NCBI GenBank assembly: GCA_049724395.1
Contig: JAUGWO010000145.1
Coordinates: 1 to 64,000, forward strand
Direction: 5' to 3'
Length of the DNA stretch: 64,000 bases
DNA from: Spongospora subterranea f. sp. subterranea
Taxonomy: Eukaryota
Shown: positions 62,919 through 64,000 of the stretch, piece after piece
How the letters are laid out: every line of letters begins with the position of its first letter
How positions within the stretch are numbered: position 1 is the first letter of the stretch
The notes under the pieces: model-generated
Told to the model about the DNA's origin: nothing
The model's database searches: none
Seen by the model: the letters and a program-made list of their open reading frames with translations, nothing else
Translations under genes and position numbers: made by a program

Positions 62919-64000
62919 CTATATATTATGGCCATTGACCAGCAGTAGGGTCTTGACCTCGGGCGCAATGCCTGTCAATCTGCTTAGGTGCGCCCTGAGA
63001 TTGGCTCGGATCGCCTCTTGGCGATCTTTTTCTTGGCGAAGTTGAAACAGTTCCAGGCGTTCATTTTTTACGTCCGACAATCCATTTATATGGGCCATCT
63101 GGTGGAGTTTTAGTATCCTTTCGCATTGTGACACTTGAGTCTGGAATCTCGATGTGACCTGTTTCCCCTTCAGAATCATCGCTAACAGATATTGGCTTCG
63201 AGTACGGCTTTCCGACTGTAGCGATCTACGCAATGTGCTGACAAATCGTTGCATCTGATTGTCACCGATACAACTTTTCAGCTCTATCAATTATACACCG
63301 AACGATGCTGAACGCAATTACCTTTGAAATTTCACTTTTCAAACCCTCGTTTCTTTCGCGACCAACTTGTTTATAGGATACTAGATCGACTCGAGCTGAT
63401 TCGCATTGCTTTTTTAATTGCATTTGTTTGATTTCACTTTTCGCAATGTTTCCTGAAATAACGGTGTCACGTTCCATCATTGCTATGAATTCAGCAGTTC
63501 GGTCTTCGTTAGAATTAACGTAATCTGCATGCCGACCGGCGAATTCCTCTTCACAAGATTCTGAAACACCGTCAAAGATTTACTCAACAAGAGACCACGC
63601 AATTATGGAGATTACCTAGCTGCGAACGCAATGTCAATCGGAGTGTTGTTAATCTTTCCTGGTCCTTGGCGATTTCTCTGGCCTGCATGAACTCGGTTTC
63701 GGCAATAGACGCCGCCTCATGAGAGCGGCGTTGAAGTTTCTCGATACTTTTCTTATCGTCTTCCGTCAACTTGAGAGCTGCTAATCGTATCTGATCACGA
63801 CTCTTGGGCTAGCTCTTTCACCATTTTTTCTTTCACCATCGTTAGCTCCCTTGTGCACTTTAAAGTATTGCGTTGAAACAGTCGAAGCAGCTCAGAAATT
63901 TGATAATCTATATGATTATGCCGAATCAAAAATACTCGCGACATCTCCTGAAGATCGCCGACAGCACCGTTTTGAATTTCACCCCATCGAGAGTACTGCT
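62919..64000 (-). CDS. CCDC65/DRC2-like dynein regulatory complex coiled-coil protein (5' end outside window)
   Basis: Coiled coil with RERNEGLKSE, CERILKL and terminal LLLVN, resembling CCDC65 motifs. Short introns. Confidence 0.55.

Noticed and set aside
1..64000. CRISPR arrays, rRNA, tRNA, telomeric repeats, prokaryotic operons
   Set aside because: None seen by eye. tRNAscan-SE/Infernal would be needed to exclude small RNA genes.

Overview
Eukaryotic, gene-dense DNA with many short (~50-60 nt) GT-AG introns. Flagellar genes, secreted orphan proteins and the intron style suggest a zoosporic protist, possibly a plasmodiophorid/phytomyxid (inference only). Recognisable genes: mitochondrial ATP synthase epsilon, VPS20/CHMP6, a BARD1-like RING-BRCT protein, a protein kinase, CTP synthase, an ELMO-domain protein, Cu/Zn SOD, a DNAH7-like axonemal dynein heavy chain with a likely N-terminal HU-CCDC81-type module, CCDC13-like, SLC35F5-like, protoporphyrinogen oxidase and CCDC65/DRC2-like. 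Also present are a PA-domain multipass receptor-like protein and an intron-containing LtaS-type enzyme. There are two accessory zones. (1) 1-15.1 kb holds a tandemly duplicated secreted-protein gene, a RecQ remnant, an ~240-nt hairpin and Harbinger and hAT relics. (2) 48.7-60.6 kb is an island bracketed by a duplication of the SLC35F5-like 5' end. It contains a duplicated secreted Cys-rich gene, a 1.3-kb chromodomain LTR mini-element, an OTU/zinc-knuckle retroelement with a fold-back, a piggyBac derivative, and a 411-bp patchwork stitched from four distant loci of this same window. All coordinates and alignments were made by eye, and family assignments rest on recalled motifs rather than database searches.
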